A stretch of 64,000 bases of DNA from a virus (taxonomy: Duplodnaviria; Heunggongvirae; Uroviricota; Caudoviricetes), in the IMG/VR virus record IMGVR_UViG_3300025387_000012, positions 64,001 through 128,000 of that record. The stretch is one strand, 5' to 3'. The notes under the pieces were generated by a model. It was not told the origin of the DNA. It saw only the letters and a list, made by a program, of their open reading frames with translations, and searched no databases. Of this stretch, positions 9,636-18,811 are shown one piece after another (the first letter of the stretch is position 1; every line of letters starts with the position of its first letter). Position numbers and translations under genes: made by a program.

Positions 9636-11309
9636 ATGGCCATTTCCTCGGACTGGATCATCGATCCAGTAAACTATCGCATCGCCCACAACCCGGCCGG
9701 CTCGACCACGATCTACACGGTCAACGCGCTTTACTCCTACCTGGAGAGCGTGTTCGCAGGCGTGGGCTACATCCAGTATCCGCCGCCCATGTCGGCCTCG
9801 ACGCCGACCTCCTACACGATGATCAATCACTGGTTCATCGATGAGGCGAGCCTGCAATATCTCTCTGGCGGCGGCATCGCCACCAGCGGCTGGGACAACA
9901 GCCTTTCGCCGGGGCTTGGGATCATGCTCCTCCAGTTCGGGAGCACCTACACGCCGGCCGTGGCCTCCGACATCGGCAAGACCGTCGTCCAGGGCGCCAA
10001 CTCGGGCACGCTGCTGGCCTATAACAACACCGCCGGCCTGTGGTGGGTCCGGGCCGGCACGGGGACGATCGGCGCCGGGGCTACCACCATCACCGGCGGC
10101 ACGGGCGCCGGGACGTCGACGGCCGTCTCCACGGGTGAGAGCCTCTTCTCCAACCTCTACACCCTGGGCTCTCCCCTGCAGGCCGGTACGCAGCTCTACA
10201 TCAGCCAAGGGGTCAACACCCTGATCTCGTCCTACTGGTCGTCTGGCCACGTGGACCTGGTGTTGCCGGTGCAGCGGGCAGGGGCCCTGATCAACTCTGG
10301 GAACGTGACGGTCTATGCCCGCGAGTATGGCAACACGGACAACTATTTCACGATCAACCTGTCTGCCGGCGGCCGTAACCCGGTTCCGCTCTCGACCTCG
10401 GTCGACACCTCGATCGTCGACAGCGCCGCCACGGTCGCAGCCTTCGCCACCCTACCGACGCTGGCCTATGGCACGGCTGCCCATGACCTCAACAATGGTG
10501 GCGGGGCCAAGAACTACGACCTGGCGATCAACTGCAACGGCATGACCGTGCTCAAGGTCTATGAGTGGCTGCAATACATCACCGGGCGCGGCCAGACGGC
10601 GGCCACTTACACCAACGGGACGCAGGGCCAGCTATTCCTGGGAATGCCCGGCTATACCCCGGTGCCAACCGCGCCCTTCGGCACCTTCGCCGGCGGCAAG
10701 TTCTTCGCGGCCCAGGGCGTTTGGCTCTACAACATGGCGGTGGCCGATATCCAGAACTACCAGTTGACCGCCAATGACGGGTCGACGCAGATCCCGCCGA
10801 ACATCCAGTCGATCACCGTGTCCAACCTGGTGGCCGGCGACCAGGTGCTCGTGGCGCGCTCGACCGGCGCGGGTTCCACGACGATCAATTATTCGAGGTA
10901 CACGCTGGCCGCCGCCGGCAATGCCAGCGGCTCGGGCACTGTGGTCGTCAACGGGACCATCAGCGCCGATGAGCCTCAGAGCGGCACCCTGCGCATCAGG
11001 AACGCGTCTGGCGGCTTCGACCGCTATCCCTACACCAGTTGGTCGGGGTCGACGTTCACCCTGTCCGGGACGCTTTCGGCGAACTACAATGGGGCCACGA
11101 TGTGGGTGCCCCTGATTGACCAGGCCGCGGCTGGATCCAGCGTCTCGACACAGCTTATCGTGTCTGCACCGATCTATGACGTGGTACGCGTGCGGCGCTA
11201 TGCCAGCGGCGCCGGGAACTCGATCCAGCCGTTCGAGACGTCCGGCACGGTGTCGCTCACCGGTCAATCAGTCTCCGCGATCCGAACGACGGACGCGGTC
11301 GCTACCTAG
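9636..11309 (+). CDS. virion structural / fibre-like protein (GC-rich donor)
   Basis: 557 aa rich in G/T/A/S, strongly GC3-biased codons, C-terminal VRVRRY...FETSG module. Confidence 0.65.
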   Translation: MAISSDWIIDPVNYRIAHNPAGSTTIYTVNALYSYLESVFAGVGYIQYPPPMSASTPTSYTMINHWFIDEASLQYLSGGGIATSGWDNSLSPGLGIMLLQFGSTYTPAVASDIGKTVVQGANSGTLLAYNNTAGLWWVRAGTGTIGAGATTITGGTGAGTSTAVSTGESLFSNLYTLGSPLQAGTQLYISQGVNTLISSYWSSGHVDLVLPVQRAGALINSGNVTVYAREYGNTDNYFTINLSAGGRNPVPLSTSVDTSIVDSAATVAAFATLPTLAYGTAAHDLNNGGGAKNYDLAINCNGMTVLKVYEWLQYITGRGQTAATYTNGTQGQLFLGMPGYTPVPTAPFGTFAGGKFFAAQGVWLYNMAVADIQNYQLTANDGSTQIPPNIQSITVSNLVAGDQVLVARSTGAGSTTINYSRYTLAAAGNASGSGTVVVNGTISADEPQSGTLRIRNASGGFDRYPYTSWSGSTFTLSGTLSANYNGATMWVPLIDQAAAGSSVSTQLIVSAPIYDVVRVRRYASGAGNSIQPFETSGTVSLTGQSVSAIRTTDAVAT

Positions 11310-11321
11310 GGTGGGGGGCCA

Positions 11322-11783
11322 ATGGCATTCTCATTCGACTTCGTGAACCAGCGGATCAACGTCAGCGCCGACCAGACGGTCGTGGACTGCCAGGCCCTCT
11401 ATGACGCCATCGTCGCGGCGCAGAACTCGCCAGAGGGCATGGCATATCCCACGATCGCCCTGGCCTCGGGAAAGCAGGTCCTGTCGTCTGGGGTTGCCGT
11501 CGGCATCACGGTGCAGCTGCTGGACGGGTGGCAACTTGTTTTCGCTCCGGGTTCCTACACCGCGCGGGTGTCTGGTGGGAACCTGATCGGGGCGCTCGTT
11601 GACCCAGTCGCCTATTCCGCCGGCGTGCAGGTCATGCTGACGCTGGCGGCTGCTGCGACAATAGTCGGCATCGGGGGCTCGATACCGACCGCGGCCGAGA
11701 CTGCTGCCGCGGTCGAGGAGCAACTTGCGCCGCAGCTAACTGCGATTCAGTCGATGACCAACTTGATCCCGGCGGTCATCTGA
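11322..11783 (+). CDS. phage structural accessory protein (GC-rich donor)
   Basis: 153 aa, follows 9636-11309 with the same codon bias. Confidence 0.65.
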   Translation: MAFSFDFVNQRINVSADQTVVDCQALYDAIVAAQNSPEGMAYPTIALASGKQVLSSGVAVGITVQLLDGWQLVFAPGSYTARVSGGNLIGALVDPVAYSAGVQVMLTLAAAATIVGIGGSIPTAAETAAAVEEQLAPQLTAIQSMTNLIPAVI

Positions 11784-11785
11784 CC

Positions 11786-12043
11786 TCAGAGATCTGCCAC
11801 GGCCCGGATCAGGGATGCAGCGATCATGCGCCCGCGGTATTCGATCGCCCTGCCCCGACCCTCAGGGAGCGGCGCACGGGCCTCGAGATCGTCCGCGTAG
11901 GCCTCCAGCCCTAAATCGACGCCCCGGGCCTCAGCAAGCCGCCGGACCGCCGCTAGGGCGCATATGGCGACCTTCTGCGCCGCGTCTGCGCGGGCGGCGA
12001 GCTCGAGCTCATTGTCGAGCAGCTTGCCTTCGGAATTGAACAT
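11786..12043 (-). CDS. small hypothetical protein, bacterial/prophage-like passenger
   Basis: GGAGG SD 9 nt before the ATG at 12043 (MFNSEGKLLDNELE..., 85 aa). GC-rich, convergent with the cassette genes. Confidence 0.65.
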   Translation of the reverse strand: MFNSEGKLLDNELELAARADAAQKVAICALAAVRRLAEARGVDLGLEAYADDLEARAPLPEGRGRAIEYRGRMIAASLIRAVADL

Positions 12044-12213
12044 GGTGTGGGCCTCCGCGCGGACGGTAGCGCGGCCATGGATTATTCTGGCAACACGAAC
12101 ACTATGACGCCTCTTGGTGGCGCGACTGGTGTCAACTTTACATATTCGACTAGCTATATCGAGCGTGATACAAGACCTCCTCTTGGATAAATAGATCACT
12201 TACGGAGATTCGA

Positions 12214-13359
12214 ATGTCCACCCTTGTTCTTGGTTCCTACAGCTACGATATAGTTCCTGATGTCCTTGGTGATCCACTGACCGTTTCGGTTGGCAACGTG
12301 ATCCCATCACTGACTGGTGGAGCTAGTGCGCCTTCGACCGCACCAACCTATGGGGCTGGTTCTCTCTACATCGACACGACGAACTATGCGGTTTATGTTT
12401 ATGCGGCGTCAGCTTGGCACACTATCGCTTCTGCTGCAGCAACAGTCACGGCGATTGCGGGTACGACTAACCAAATCACCCTGTCAGGTTCTACTGGCTC
12501 GGTAACCGTGGGTCTCGCGTCTAACGCGATTATGCCAGGAACGGCGTCTCTTACACTTCCAGTTGGCACTACTGCACAGCGTCCAGCAACGCCAACAGAC
12601 GGCATGCTGCGCTACAACACGGATGAAGAAGTGCTCGAGGGATATTCTTCCCCATACAGCACGACTGTTTCTCCGGTTGCTGCACAACGCACTGCACTTT
12701 ATCGCAAGCGTAGAGCATGGTATGACGAGTTCATGACGGGTGCGATCGCTTCTACTGGTATCGCGACGTACGGTGAAATCAACTGGTCGATGACTGGATC
12801 TGGCACTAACGCCAACTCTGTTGTTACCGGCATTGCAGATCACCCGGGCATTTTTTCTATCGGCACGCCAACAACTAACGCCGCTTCAGCGCGTATGCAT
12901 TTGGGGAACACCAACACCACGCTGGTTCAAGTTGCTAACCAAGTTGAATACATGGCATGGCTCATTCGTATTCCAACTATCACTTCAGTTTCTGTTCTGG
13001 CTGGTATGGGAACAGACACGTCAACGGCAACTTTCGGCACCGATGGCGTGTTCTTCTCTTTCAACACCGGCACAAGCGCCTTCTGGCAGTTCATTACTAG
13101 AGCAGCTTCAACGTCGACAACCGTTACGTCTACCGTAACGGTTGCAGCCAACACCTGGTATCTCCTAGAGATGTTCTACAATGGAACATCTTGGACTGCA
13201 TTCATCAATGGCACCACTATCGGTTCAAGCACAACGAACATTCCAACTGCCGCAGTCAACGTTGGTCTAACTTTGATCAACAATGCAACCGGTGCCAAGA
13301 CTGTTCAAGTAGACTACTTCTCAATGTACACTCGCGAGCTTGGTGCTCGCTACCCATAA
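12214..13359 (+). CDS. tail fibre protein with lectin/ConA-like C-terminal domain
   Basis: LPVGTTAQRPATPTDGMLRYNTD fibre motif, YGAGSLYIDTTNY repeat, beta-sandwich C-terminus (WYLLEMFY...FING). GATAAATA at 12186-12193. Confidence 0.75.
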   Translation: MSTLVLGSYSYDIVPDVLGDPLTVSVGNVIPSLTGGASAPSTAPTYGAGSLYIDTTNYAVYVYAASAWHTIASAAATVTAIAGTTNQITLSGSTGSVTVGLASNAIMPGTASLTLPVGTTAQRPATPTDGMLRYNTDEEVLEGYSSPYSTTVSPVAAQRTALYRKRRAWYDEFMTGAIASTGIATYGEINWSMTGSGTNANSVVTGIADHPGIFSIGTPTTNAASARMHLGNTNTTLVQVANQVEYMAWLIRIPTITSVSVLAGMGTDTSTATFGTDGVFFSFNTGTSAFWQFITRAASTSTTVTSTVTVAANTWYLLEMFYNGTSWTAFINGTTIGSSTTNIPTAAVNVGLTLINNATGAKTVQVDYFSMYTRELGARYP

Positions 13360-13371
13360 CATAGGACTAAA

Positions 13372-13776
13372 ATGGCGCAAGTAGATCCAAATCTCCCACT
13401 TGATATGGCAATCGCAAAGATGACTGAGCTTTGCGATTCGTATCGTGATGGCGTTCTTTTCAGCCACTTTGTTTATGATGGCCATCAATGGCAGTGCGAC
13501 CAGGCTTCTCGCTTCAACGTCGTCGGCGTGATTCTACTGGCTGTTCTAAATCAGGGTCACCTGCCACCAAATTTTATCTTCCGAGACATGGCCAACGTGG
13601 TCCACGTTGTCACTGGTCCCTACATGATCAACATGGGTATCACAATGCTTGCCTTCCTTTCAGCTGTCTATAAGGCCGGTTGGACGCACAAGGCTGCTAT
13701 CCAAGCAATGACTGATCCTATTTCCGTTCAAGAATACGACTACATGTCAACCTTGTGGCCTAGCAACTCGCTCTAA
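13372..13776 (+). CDS. DUF4376-like tail-fibre assembly/associated protein
   Basis: FVYDGHQWQCDQASRFNV ... FRDMANVVH ... HKAAIQAM pattern, directly downstream of a fibre gene. Confidence 0.6.
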   Translation: MAQVDPNLPLDMAIAKMTELCDSYRDGVLFSHFVYDGHQWQCDQASRFNVVGVILLAVLNQGHLPPNFIFRDMANVVHVVTGPYMINMGITMLAFLSAVYKAGWTHKAAIQAMTDPISVQEYDYMSTLWPSNSL

Positions 13777-14168
13777 TGTCGATTAACTCCTGCACCATTG
13801 ACTGCGCAACGATTGACGCTATCTGCGAAAGCAGACGTAGCGCGATCATTGACGATCTGCTCAATCACTGGGTGCAGGGCGGTGGTCGTGGTAGCGCCCA
13901 GCACGTTAACCCACATACCCGCAAGATCGTCCCGGGTATGTATAAGCGTGATCCCGATCAGCCTTGGATTGTCGAGGAGGATATCGATCCATCGACCCTC
14001 GAGCATCCAACGATCCAGGTTACCGTCGAGTTTGGCGAACAGAATTTCTCGCAGACCGTCGATCGTGGCGATGAGCAGTTCCAACCAATGGTCAATGTCT
14101 ACAATCTGCCGTTGAAAGATAGTGGTGAGGCAGTAAATATCACAGACATCCGCATCAAGGTCATCTAA
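13776..14168 (+). CDS. hypothetical (probably structural) protein
   Basis: 130 aa, coupled to both neighbours. Confidence 0.65.
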   Translation: MSINSCTIDCATIDAICESRRSAIIDDLLNHWVQGGGRGSAQHVNPHTRKIVPGMYKRDPDQPWIVEEDIDPSTLEHPTIQVTVEFGEQNFSQTVDRGDEQFQPMVNVYNLPLKDSGEAVNITDIRIKVI

Positions 14169-14776
14169 TGCAGTTCACATTCCCCGCCGACAAGTCCATC
14201 GAGATGACCTTTAAGGTCGGGATCGCTGGTACTGCCTCTCCTCCATCGAGCGTTATGGTCGTGCTTGAGCGCGATGGTAAGTCGCTGAGCTATTCAGCAC
14301 ACCAGCTTGGGGATGATTGGACCGCAAAGATCGATCAGCCAGGAAAGACATTTGGTACCGGCTCTGTAAAGCTGTCGGTAAACGTGATCCTTCGTGAACG
14401 CATCTTCACGCCTTTCAAAACGATCGCCGACATCGTTGATGTGGCTGCTCCAGAGTTTGTTGTTCCACAAACTCCAGCTCCTGTAGAAACTCCTGAGCCA
14501 GTCACCGAGCCAGAAGTTCAGACCTTCGACATTCCCCAGGCTGCGGTTCCAACTGCGGCAGCTGCGGTCGTTGTACCAGCAGCTGCCCCTGCTCCTACGA
14601 TGGAATCTGCTCCACCGCTTACGACTCCAGCGAAGCGCCTGTCTATTCTCAAGTCGCTTGAACCTGAGAAGAAGGTCGAGAAGAAGGCAGCTGAACCTGT
14701 TAAGGTCGCTGTCAAGGAATCTGCGCCAGAAGGTTCTCCATTCTCCCTGAAAAAAGTTCGCATCCTCTTCAAATAA
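14168..14776 (+). CDS. beta-sandwich protein with Pro/Ala-rich tail
   Basis: Ig-like N-half followed by PAPVETPEPVTEPE / AAAAVVVPAAAPAP low-complexity sequence. Confidence 0.65.
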   Translation: MQFTFPADKSIEMTFKVGIAGTASPPSSVMVVLERDGKSLSYSAHQLGDDWTAKIDQPGKTFGTGSVKLSVNVILRERIFTPFKTIADIVDVAAPEFVVPQTPAPVETPEPVTEPEVQTFDIPQAAVPTAAAAVVVPAAAPAPTMESAPPLTTPAKRLSILKSLEPEKKVEKKAAEPVKVAVKESAPEGSPFSLKKVRILFK

Positions 14777-14779
14777 GGC

Positions 14780-14808
14780 TTTACATTCAACCCGAAGCGT
14801 GATATGAT
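14780..14808 (+). promoter_or_regulatory. sigma70-like (early/middle) promoter
   Basis: TTTACA-N17-TATGAT. Confidence 0.75.
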
Positions 14809-14838
14809 CGCTTTAGGATTTGATGAAAGGTCCTAGAG

Positions 14839-15309
14839 ATGCTGTTCTCTTTGCTGTGGTACATCGCACTGCCCGTCATAACCCTCTACGGGTTCCTCCG
14901 GCTGTTCTTCTCGAGATACAAATCGAAGATGGCGGTTACGTGGGTGTTGCTGACAGTCTTTATCTTCACCCTTGCATTTTTCACCGGACTTCTCTGGCAA
15001 GCGTTCTTCGGACCGCCAGACTTCTTCGGCACCGTCCACCTGAACTCCGACGTGATGGACGGGTATTGGGCGTGGATCGCAGAGAGCTACCCCGCCGCCC
15101 CGCTTTGGAGCATCCTGCCTGTCCCTTATGTTGGCGCTTGGCAGATCGTAAGTTGGTGGTGGCAGTTCCACACGACCTACGCGAGCATCTGCCTTTACCT
15201 GGCAGACGTATTCGCGGTCATCTTCAGCCACAGCATGGCCAAAATCTTCTTCTACAACAAGAAGCTTGCCGATCCTGAGTACGGCTTCGGTCCGAAAAAC
15301 AGGCGCTGA
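14839..15309 (+). CDS. multi-pass membrane protein
   Basis: Several hydrophobic segments; first gene after the promoter at 14780. Confidence 0.7.
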   Translation: MLFSLLWYIALPVITLYGFLRLFFSRYKSKMAVTWVLLTVFIFTLAFFTGLLWQAFFGPPDFFGTVHLNSDVMDGYWAWIAESYPAAPLWSILPVPYVGAWQIVSWWWQFHTTYASICLYLADVFAVIFSHSMAKIFFYNKKLADPEYGFGPKNRR

Positions 15310-15337
15310 GCTTCTTAAATACTCCAAAGGAGTACGC

Positions 15338-15949
15338 ATGCTCAGAGACAATCCTATCATGAAGGCCTACCGCGAAGTTCGTTACCAGCTTCGCTGCCTT
15401 TTCTTCCCGCACAACGTGATCAAACTTTCTCAGGTCGGCCGTGGTTGGCATGATCGAGACTACCTGATGTACCACGCCTGCTTCCAGCTGCTCGTCGACT
15501 TTGTTGAGCTTGAGCAGCCTTTCAGGAGCTGGAGTGACAAGCGGGTGAAGCGTCACACCAACCGCAAGGAGATGCGCGAATACATTTACAAGCTCAGCAC
15601 CCCTGAAGGGAAGGCAGAGTACTACGGTGATTGGTATGATGACGAGATGAAGAAGTTCACCAACGCCAATCTCGAAGCGAAGTTCACCAATGACGCTGAA
15701 ATCCTGCGCCTCTACGAGTGGTACAAGGACGAGGGGTACAAGTTCGACTACGAAAAGTACCGCAAGCTGACCGGCACCAAGCTTAAGGCCAAGCGTGGCG
15801 ATGGCACCTTCGGTTTCGAGCATGTTGAAACTGGCGAGCCCAAGATCATCACGCCTGCAGAGATGCGGGAAATCCAGGAAGAGCATGAGATCACCGTGAA
15901 GGCAAACCTTCAGCGTCTCATCGATATCAGGGAAACTCTGTGGACATGA
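15338..15949 (+). CDS. conserved-looking phage hypothetical protein
   Basis: SD AAGGAG before ATG 15338. WHDRDYLMYHACFQLLVDFVE motif. Confidence 0.7.
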   Translation: MLRDNPIMKAYREVRYQLRCLFFPHNVIKLSQVGRGWHDRDYLMYHACFQLLVDFVELEQPFRSWSDKRVKRHTNRKEMREYIYKLSTPEGKAEYYGDWYDDEMKKFTNANLEAKFTNDAEILRLYEWYKDEGYKFDYEKYRKLTGTKLKAKRGDGTFGFEHVETGEPKIITPAEMREIQEEHEITVKANLQRLIDIRETLWT

Positions 15950-16605
15950 GAAACGACCTTGACGAAAAGACCGTTAGCGGCATGATGGACTTCAACGACA
16001 TCTCACTTGAGAGCCTAGGCGCCCATCTTATTTTCGGAGAGGTTGATGAACAGTCCATGAAGGACGCGTCGACCTTTCTCCTCAAGGCAAACCAGCTCTT
16101 CAGCAACCGCGAGATCACCTACTTCATCAACACGGTTGGTGGCAGCTGCTACGATGGCTTTGCCCTGATCGATCTGATGGAGGTGTCAAAGCTGCCCATC
16201 AAGACCGTGGGTCTCGGCAACATCATCTCCATGGGCGTGCTGATCTTTGCGGCGGGTACCAAGGGACGCCGTATTATGTTGAAGAACTCCTGCGTCATGG
16301 CGCACCAGTTCACCGGCGGAACGTACGGAAAGTTCCACGAGATCATGGCCGACTTTAAGGCAGAGCTTTACCTCAAACACCAGTTCATCGAGCACTTCAA
16401 GCGCCACACGAAGATGACCGAGAAGCAGATCGAAGACGTGATGTTTGGCGCGTCAGACTGTTATCTGACACCACAGGAATGTAAGAAGTACGGGCTGACG
16501 GATCACATCGTAGACGAACTGCCCGAGTTCAGTCTAGAAATACCGGCTAAGTGTCTCGCTCGGCCTCGGCGAGCGCCTCAAGGCGAGCCTCGTGCTCGCG
16601 GATAG
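15946..16605 (+). CDS. clpP: ClpP-like protease
   Basis: YFINTVGGSCYDGFALIDLM, nucleophile motif ISMG, MAHQ His, YLTPQECKKYGLTD. Confidence 0.9.
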   Translation: MRNDLDEKTVSGMMDFNDISLESLGAHLIFGEVDEQSMKDASTFLLKANQLFSNREITYFINTVGGSCYDGFALIDLMEVSKLPIKTVGLGNIISMGVLIFAAGTKGRRIMLKNSCVMAHQFTGGTYGKFHEIMADFKAELYLKHQFIEHFKRHTKMTEKQIEDVMFGASDCYLTPQECKKYGLTDHIVDELPEFSLEIPAKCLARPRRAPQGEPRARG

Positions 16606-16774
16606 CGATCAAGGCCGACACCTCATCTGAAAATCTGCGGTACTGATTCGCGAACGATGCGTTGACCCCACGCATGTTGTAGTACAGGTCTGTGAGCTGA
16701 AACTTCAGATCGTACAGCTGCTGGACCGAGAGTCCAGGCCATTCAGCCTTCGGGGTAATCTTTGGTGCGTCCAT
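16547..16774 (-). CDS. small hypothetical protein
   Basis: 75 aa downstream of 16804-17217 on the same strand, with a plausible SD. Confidence 0.6.
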   Translation of the reverse strand: MDAPKITPKAEWPGLSVQQLYDLKFQLTDLYYNMRGVNASFANQYRRFSDEVSALIAIREHEARLEALAEAERDT

Positions 16775-16803
16775 GATATGTCCTATTTGATAGAGGGCGG
16801 ATG

Positions 16804-17217
16804 TTAACTTGCGGTGCCCCAGACCTTCTCAAAGTCCTTTCCGAACTCAGCGGTAACCTTGATCGTATCGATCATAAGATCGTCTGAAATGGCCGCATGC
16901 GCTTCTTCATCATGCTCTACAGAGCGAAGCAGCTTTCCGATGGCCGCATGGGTGTTGCTGTCCATCTCGTAGGTGAACGTTACCGAATGCCAGCTGGTCT
17001 CGTGATTCAGTTCCTTCTTGTCCATCACGAAGCGAGCATTGATCTTATGGCCCTGCGTCTCAATCTCCATCGTAAAGCTAGATGGGAATCCAGCGTTGTG
17101 GACGTCGTCCGCCAGTTCCTTGATGAAGGACTTTTGCTTCAGAGAATATGCTTCGATCCTTACTGGAAAGCCGCCTTCATTGATGAGTGAAAGTCTCTTT
17201 ACATCTCTAAGTTTCAT
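16804..17217 (-). CDS. hypothetical protein, probable internal head protein
   Basis: SD AGGAG, TATAAATA on - strand at 17246-17253, N-terminus MKLRDVKRLSLINE/G. Confidence 0.7.
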   Translation of the reverse strand: MKLRDVKRLSLINEGGFPVRIEAYSLKQKSFIKELADDVHNAGFPSSFTMEIETQGHKINARFVMDKKELNHETSWHSVTFTYEMDSNTHAAIGKLLRSVEHDEEAHAAISDDLMIDTIKVTAEFGKDFEKVWGTAS

Positions 17218-17245
17218 TGGTGCTGCTCCTGATAGCGTTCAGAAG

Positions 17246-17297
17246 TATTTATATCGTGAGATCAACGCAAGTCTTTTGGGTGAGAAATCTATAAATA
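17246..17297. promoter_or_regulatory. back-to-back T4-late-like promoters
   Basis: TATAAATA on - strand (17246-17253) and on + strand (17290-17297), between divergent genes. Confidence 0.75.
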
Positions 17298-17339
17298 TCC
17301 ACGTACGCAGAAATGACGTACCCTACAAAGGACTCCGAT

Positions 17340-17735
17340 ATGAAACTCAATGAGATCAAGACTGTCAATAAGGGCGCATACGACCTTTCTGAAGGCGTTA
17401 TCCCTGTTCACATTACAATGACACTTGAGCAGGTCGTCCGAGACGGTGGTGTATCGAACAACGTTCAGTACTTCATCATGGCCGCCCTGATTGAAATGTT
17501 CAAGAATGGTGGACCAACTCGTTGGCCCCGCGATTTGAACTCCTACGAAATGGTAACATCTGCTGAAGTGATTGAGGCTGTAAAAGGCTTTCAACCTGCA
17601 GAAGCGGTTGGCGTTTCAATGTGGCTACTCAATGAGCTTCAACGTCCTGTAAACTTTGAAACAAATCCATACGCTTGCAATCCACAAATGAATGTCGTGG
17701 AATGGATGCGATGGGTTCTTCACAGACAAAACTAA
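17340..17735 (+). CDS. hypothetical protein, probable internal head protein
   Basis: SD AAGGA, late box upstream, N-terminus MKLNE/IK...DLSE/G. Confidence 0.7.
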   Translation: MKLNEIKTVNKGAYDLSEGVIPVHITMTLEQVVRDGGVSNNVQYFIMAALIEMFKNGGPTRWPRDLNSYEMVTSAEVIEAVKGFQPAEAVGVSMWLLNELQRPVNFETNPYACNPQMNVVEWMRWVLHRQN

Positions 17736-17833
17736 GCCCCCTCCGCATTAAGGAACAAAGGAGATCTAAACTCTTCTACCGCTGAATATTGCCCCGGTGA
17801 CTGGCCCTCAACTCTAACTCAGGGGACTTCAAC

Positions 17834-18652
17834 ATGGCTCAACGCCCAAGGAAGCAAAAATACCCACCTGCAGGTCCACCTCGCGAAGGCGAGACCGGAC
17901 AGCCAGTTCGCATCAAGTATCAAATCAAAGCCAAAAACCTAACTCAAGATCTCTATCTCAAATCTCTTCGCGAAATGCAAATGACTATCTGCGGTGGTCC
18001 AGCCGGTTCCGGCAAGACTTACCTTGTCACTGCTATCGCACTAGAGAAACTCCTTGAAAACAAGGTTGAAAAAATCGTTGTTACCAGACCTGTAGTAGAG
18101 GCTGGTGAACACCTCGGCTTCCTACCAGGAACCTTTGAGGAAAAGCTCGATCCATATCTCTTGCCGTTGATCGACGCTTTTGAAGACCACATCGGTCCGG
18201 CAATGACAAAACGACTCATCGAAACAGGAAAGATTGTAATCGCGCCGCTCGCCTTTATGCGTGGCCGAACCTTCAACAAGTGTTTCGTGATCCTCGACGA
18301 GGCTCAAAACTCTACGGTAGATCAAATGCGAATGTTCGTAACTCGAATGGGTTATGAGAGCGTCTTCGCTATCAACGGCGATGTGTCGCAGAGTGATCTC
18401 GTAAAACCCCGTGACGCAGGTAAAGACTGGGAAAACGGGCTTCAGTTCATCGTACGTAAACTAAAAGGGAGGGATGAAAAGATCAGCTATATCGAGTTTC
18501 AGAACAGGGACGTAGTTCGCTCTGAAATGGTGAAAAGGATTCTATCCTTGCTAGATGCCCCCGAGTACAAGAATACGTCTAGAAGTCTTAATGGAGCCGC
18601 AGTACGCGAAGTCATAGACGGGACCGAGGTCGCCGCACTACACCAAGCGTAA
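17834..18652 (+). CDS. phoH: PhoH-family ATPase
   Basis: GGPAGSGKT, IVVTRPVVEAGEHLGFLPG, PLAFMRGRTF, ILDEAQN, GDVSQSDL. Confidence 0.95.
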   Translation: MAQRPRKQKYPPAGPPREGETGQPVRIKYQIKAKNLTQDLYLKSLREMQMTICGGPAGSGKTYLVTAIALEKLLENKVEKIVVTRPVVEAGEHLGFLPGTFEEKLDPYLLPLIDAFEDHIGPAMTKRLIETGKIVIAPLAFMRGRTFNKCFVILDEAQNSTVDQMRMFVTRMGYESVFAINGDVSQSDLVKPRDAGKDWENGLQFIVRKLKGRDEKISYIEFQNRDVVRSEMVKRILSLLDAPEYKNTSRSLNGAAVREVIDGTEVAALHQA

Positions 18653-18671
18653 GGCACTGGATTAGTTAGAC

Positions 18672-18713
18672 CTGGGGACGGTGTTCGAAGGAGGCCCGTC
18701 CCCAGACCTTTTT
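18672..18713 (+). terminator. intrinsic terminator after phoH
   Basis: 10-bp stem CTGGGGACGG/CCGTCCCCAG followed by ACC-TTTTT. Confidence 0.75.
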
Positions 18714-18811
18714 GATGTTTCCATAAATATCAGGCATACTAAAACTTGCGGCTACTCAATACCGGCATGTCGTAAGAATCACTCCTCGTGAGCCGGCGCA
18801 ATGGAGACATC

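Larger units (their letters stand above)
6940..12180. mobile_element. horizontally acquired mosaic tail/adhesin cassette (boundaries approximate)
   Basis: Abrupt composition shifts (hand counts: 27/60 GC at 7441-7500, 45/60 GC at 10021-10080) and a GC-rich antisense passenger gene. No integrase or terminal repeat seen. Confidence 0.55.

Noticed and set aside
6940-13359. Diversity-generating retroelement or invertible (shufflon) system acting on tail genes
   Set aside because: No reverse transcriptase, no TR/VR pair, no recombinase and no inverted crossover sites were found by eye.
18730-18811. Nested stems (TTGCG/CGCAA, CCGGC/GCCGG, TCAC/GTGA) in the fibre-gene leader as a riboswitch
   Set aside because: Stems are only 4-5 bp, could arise by chance, and match no aptamer consensus I recognise.
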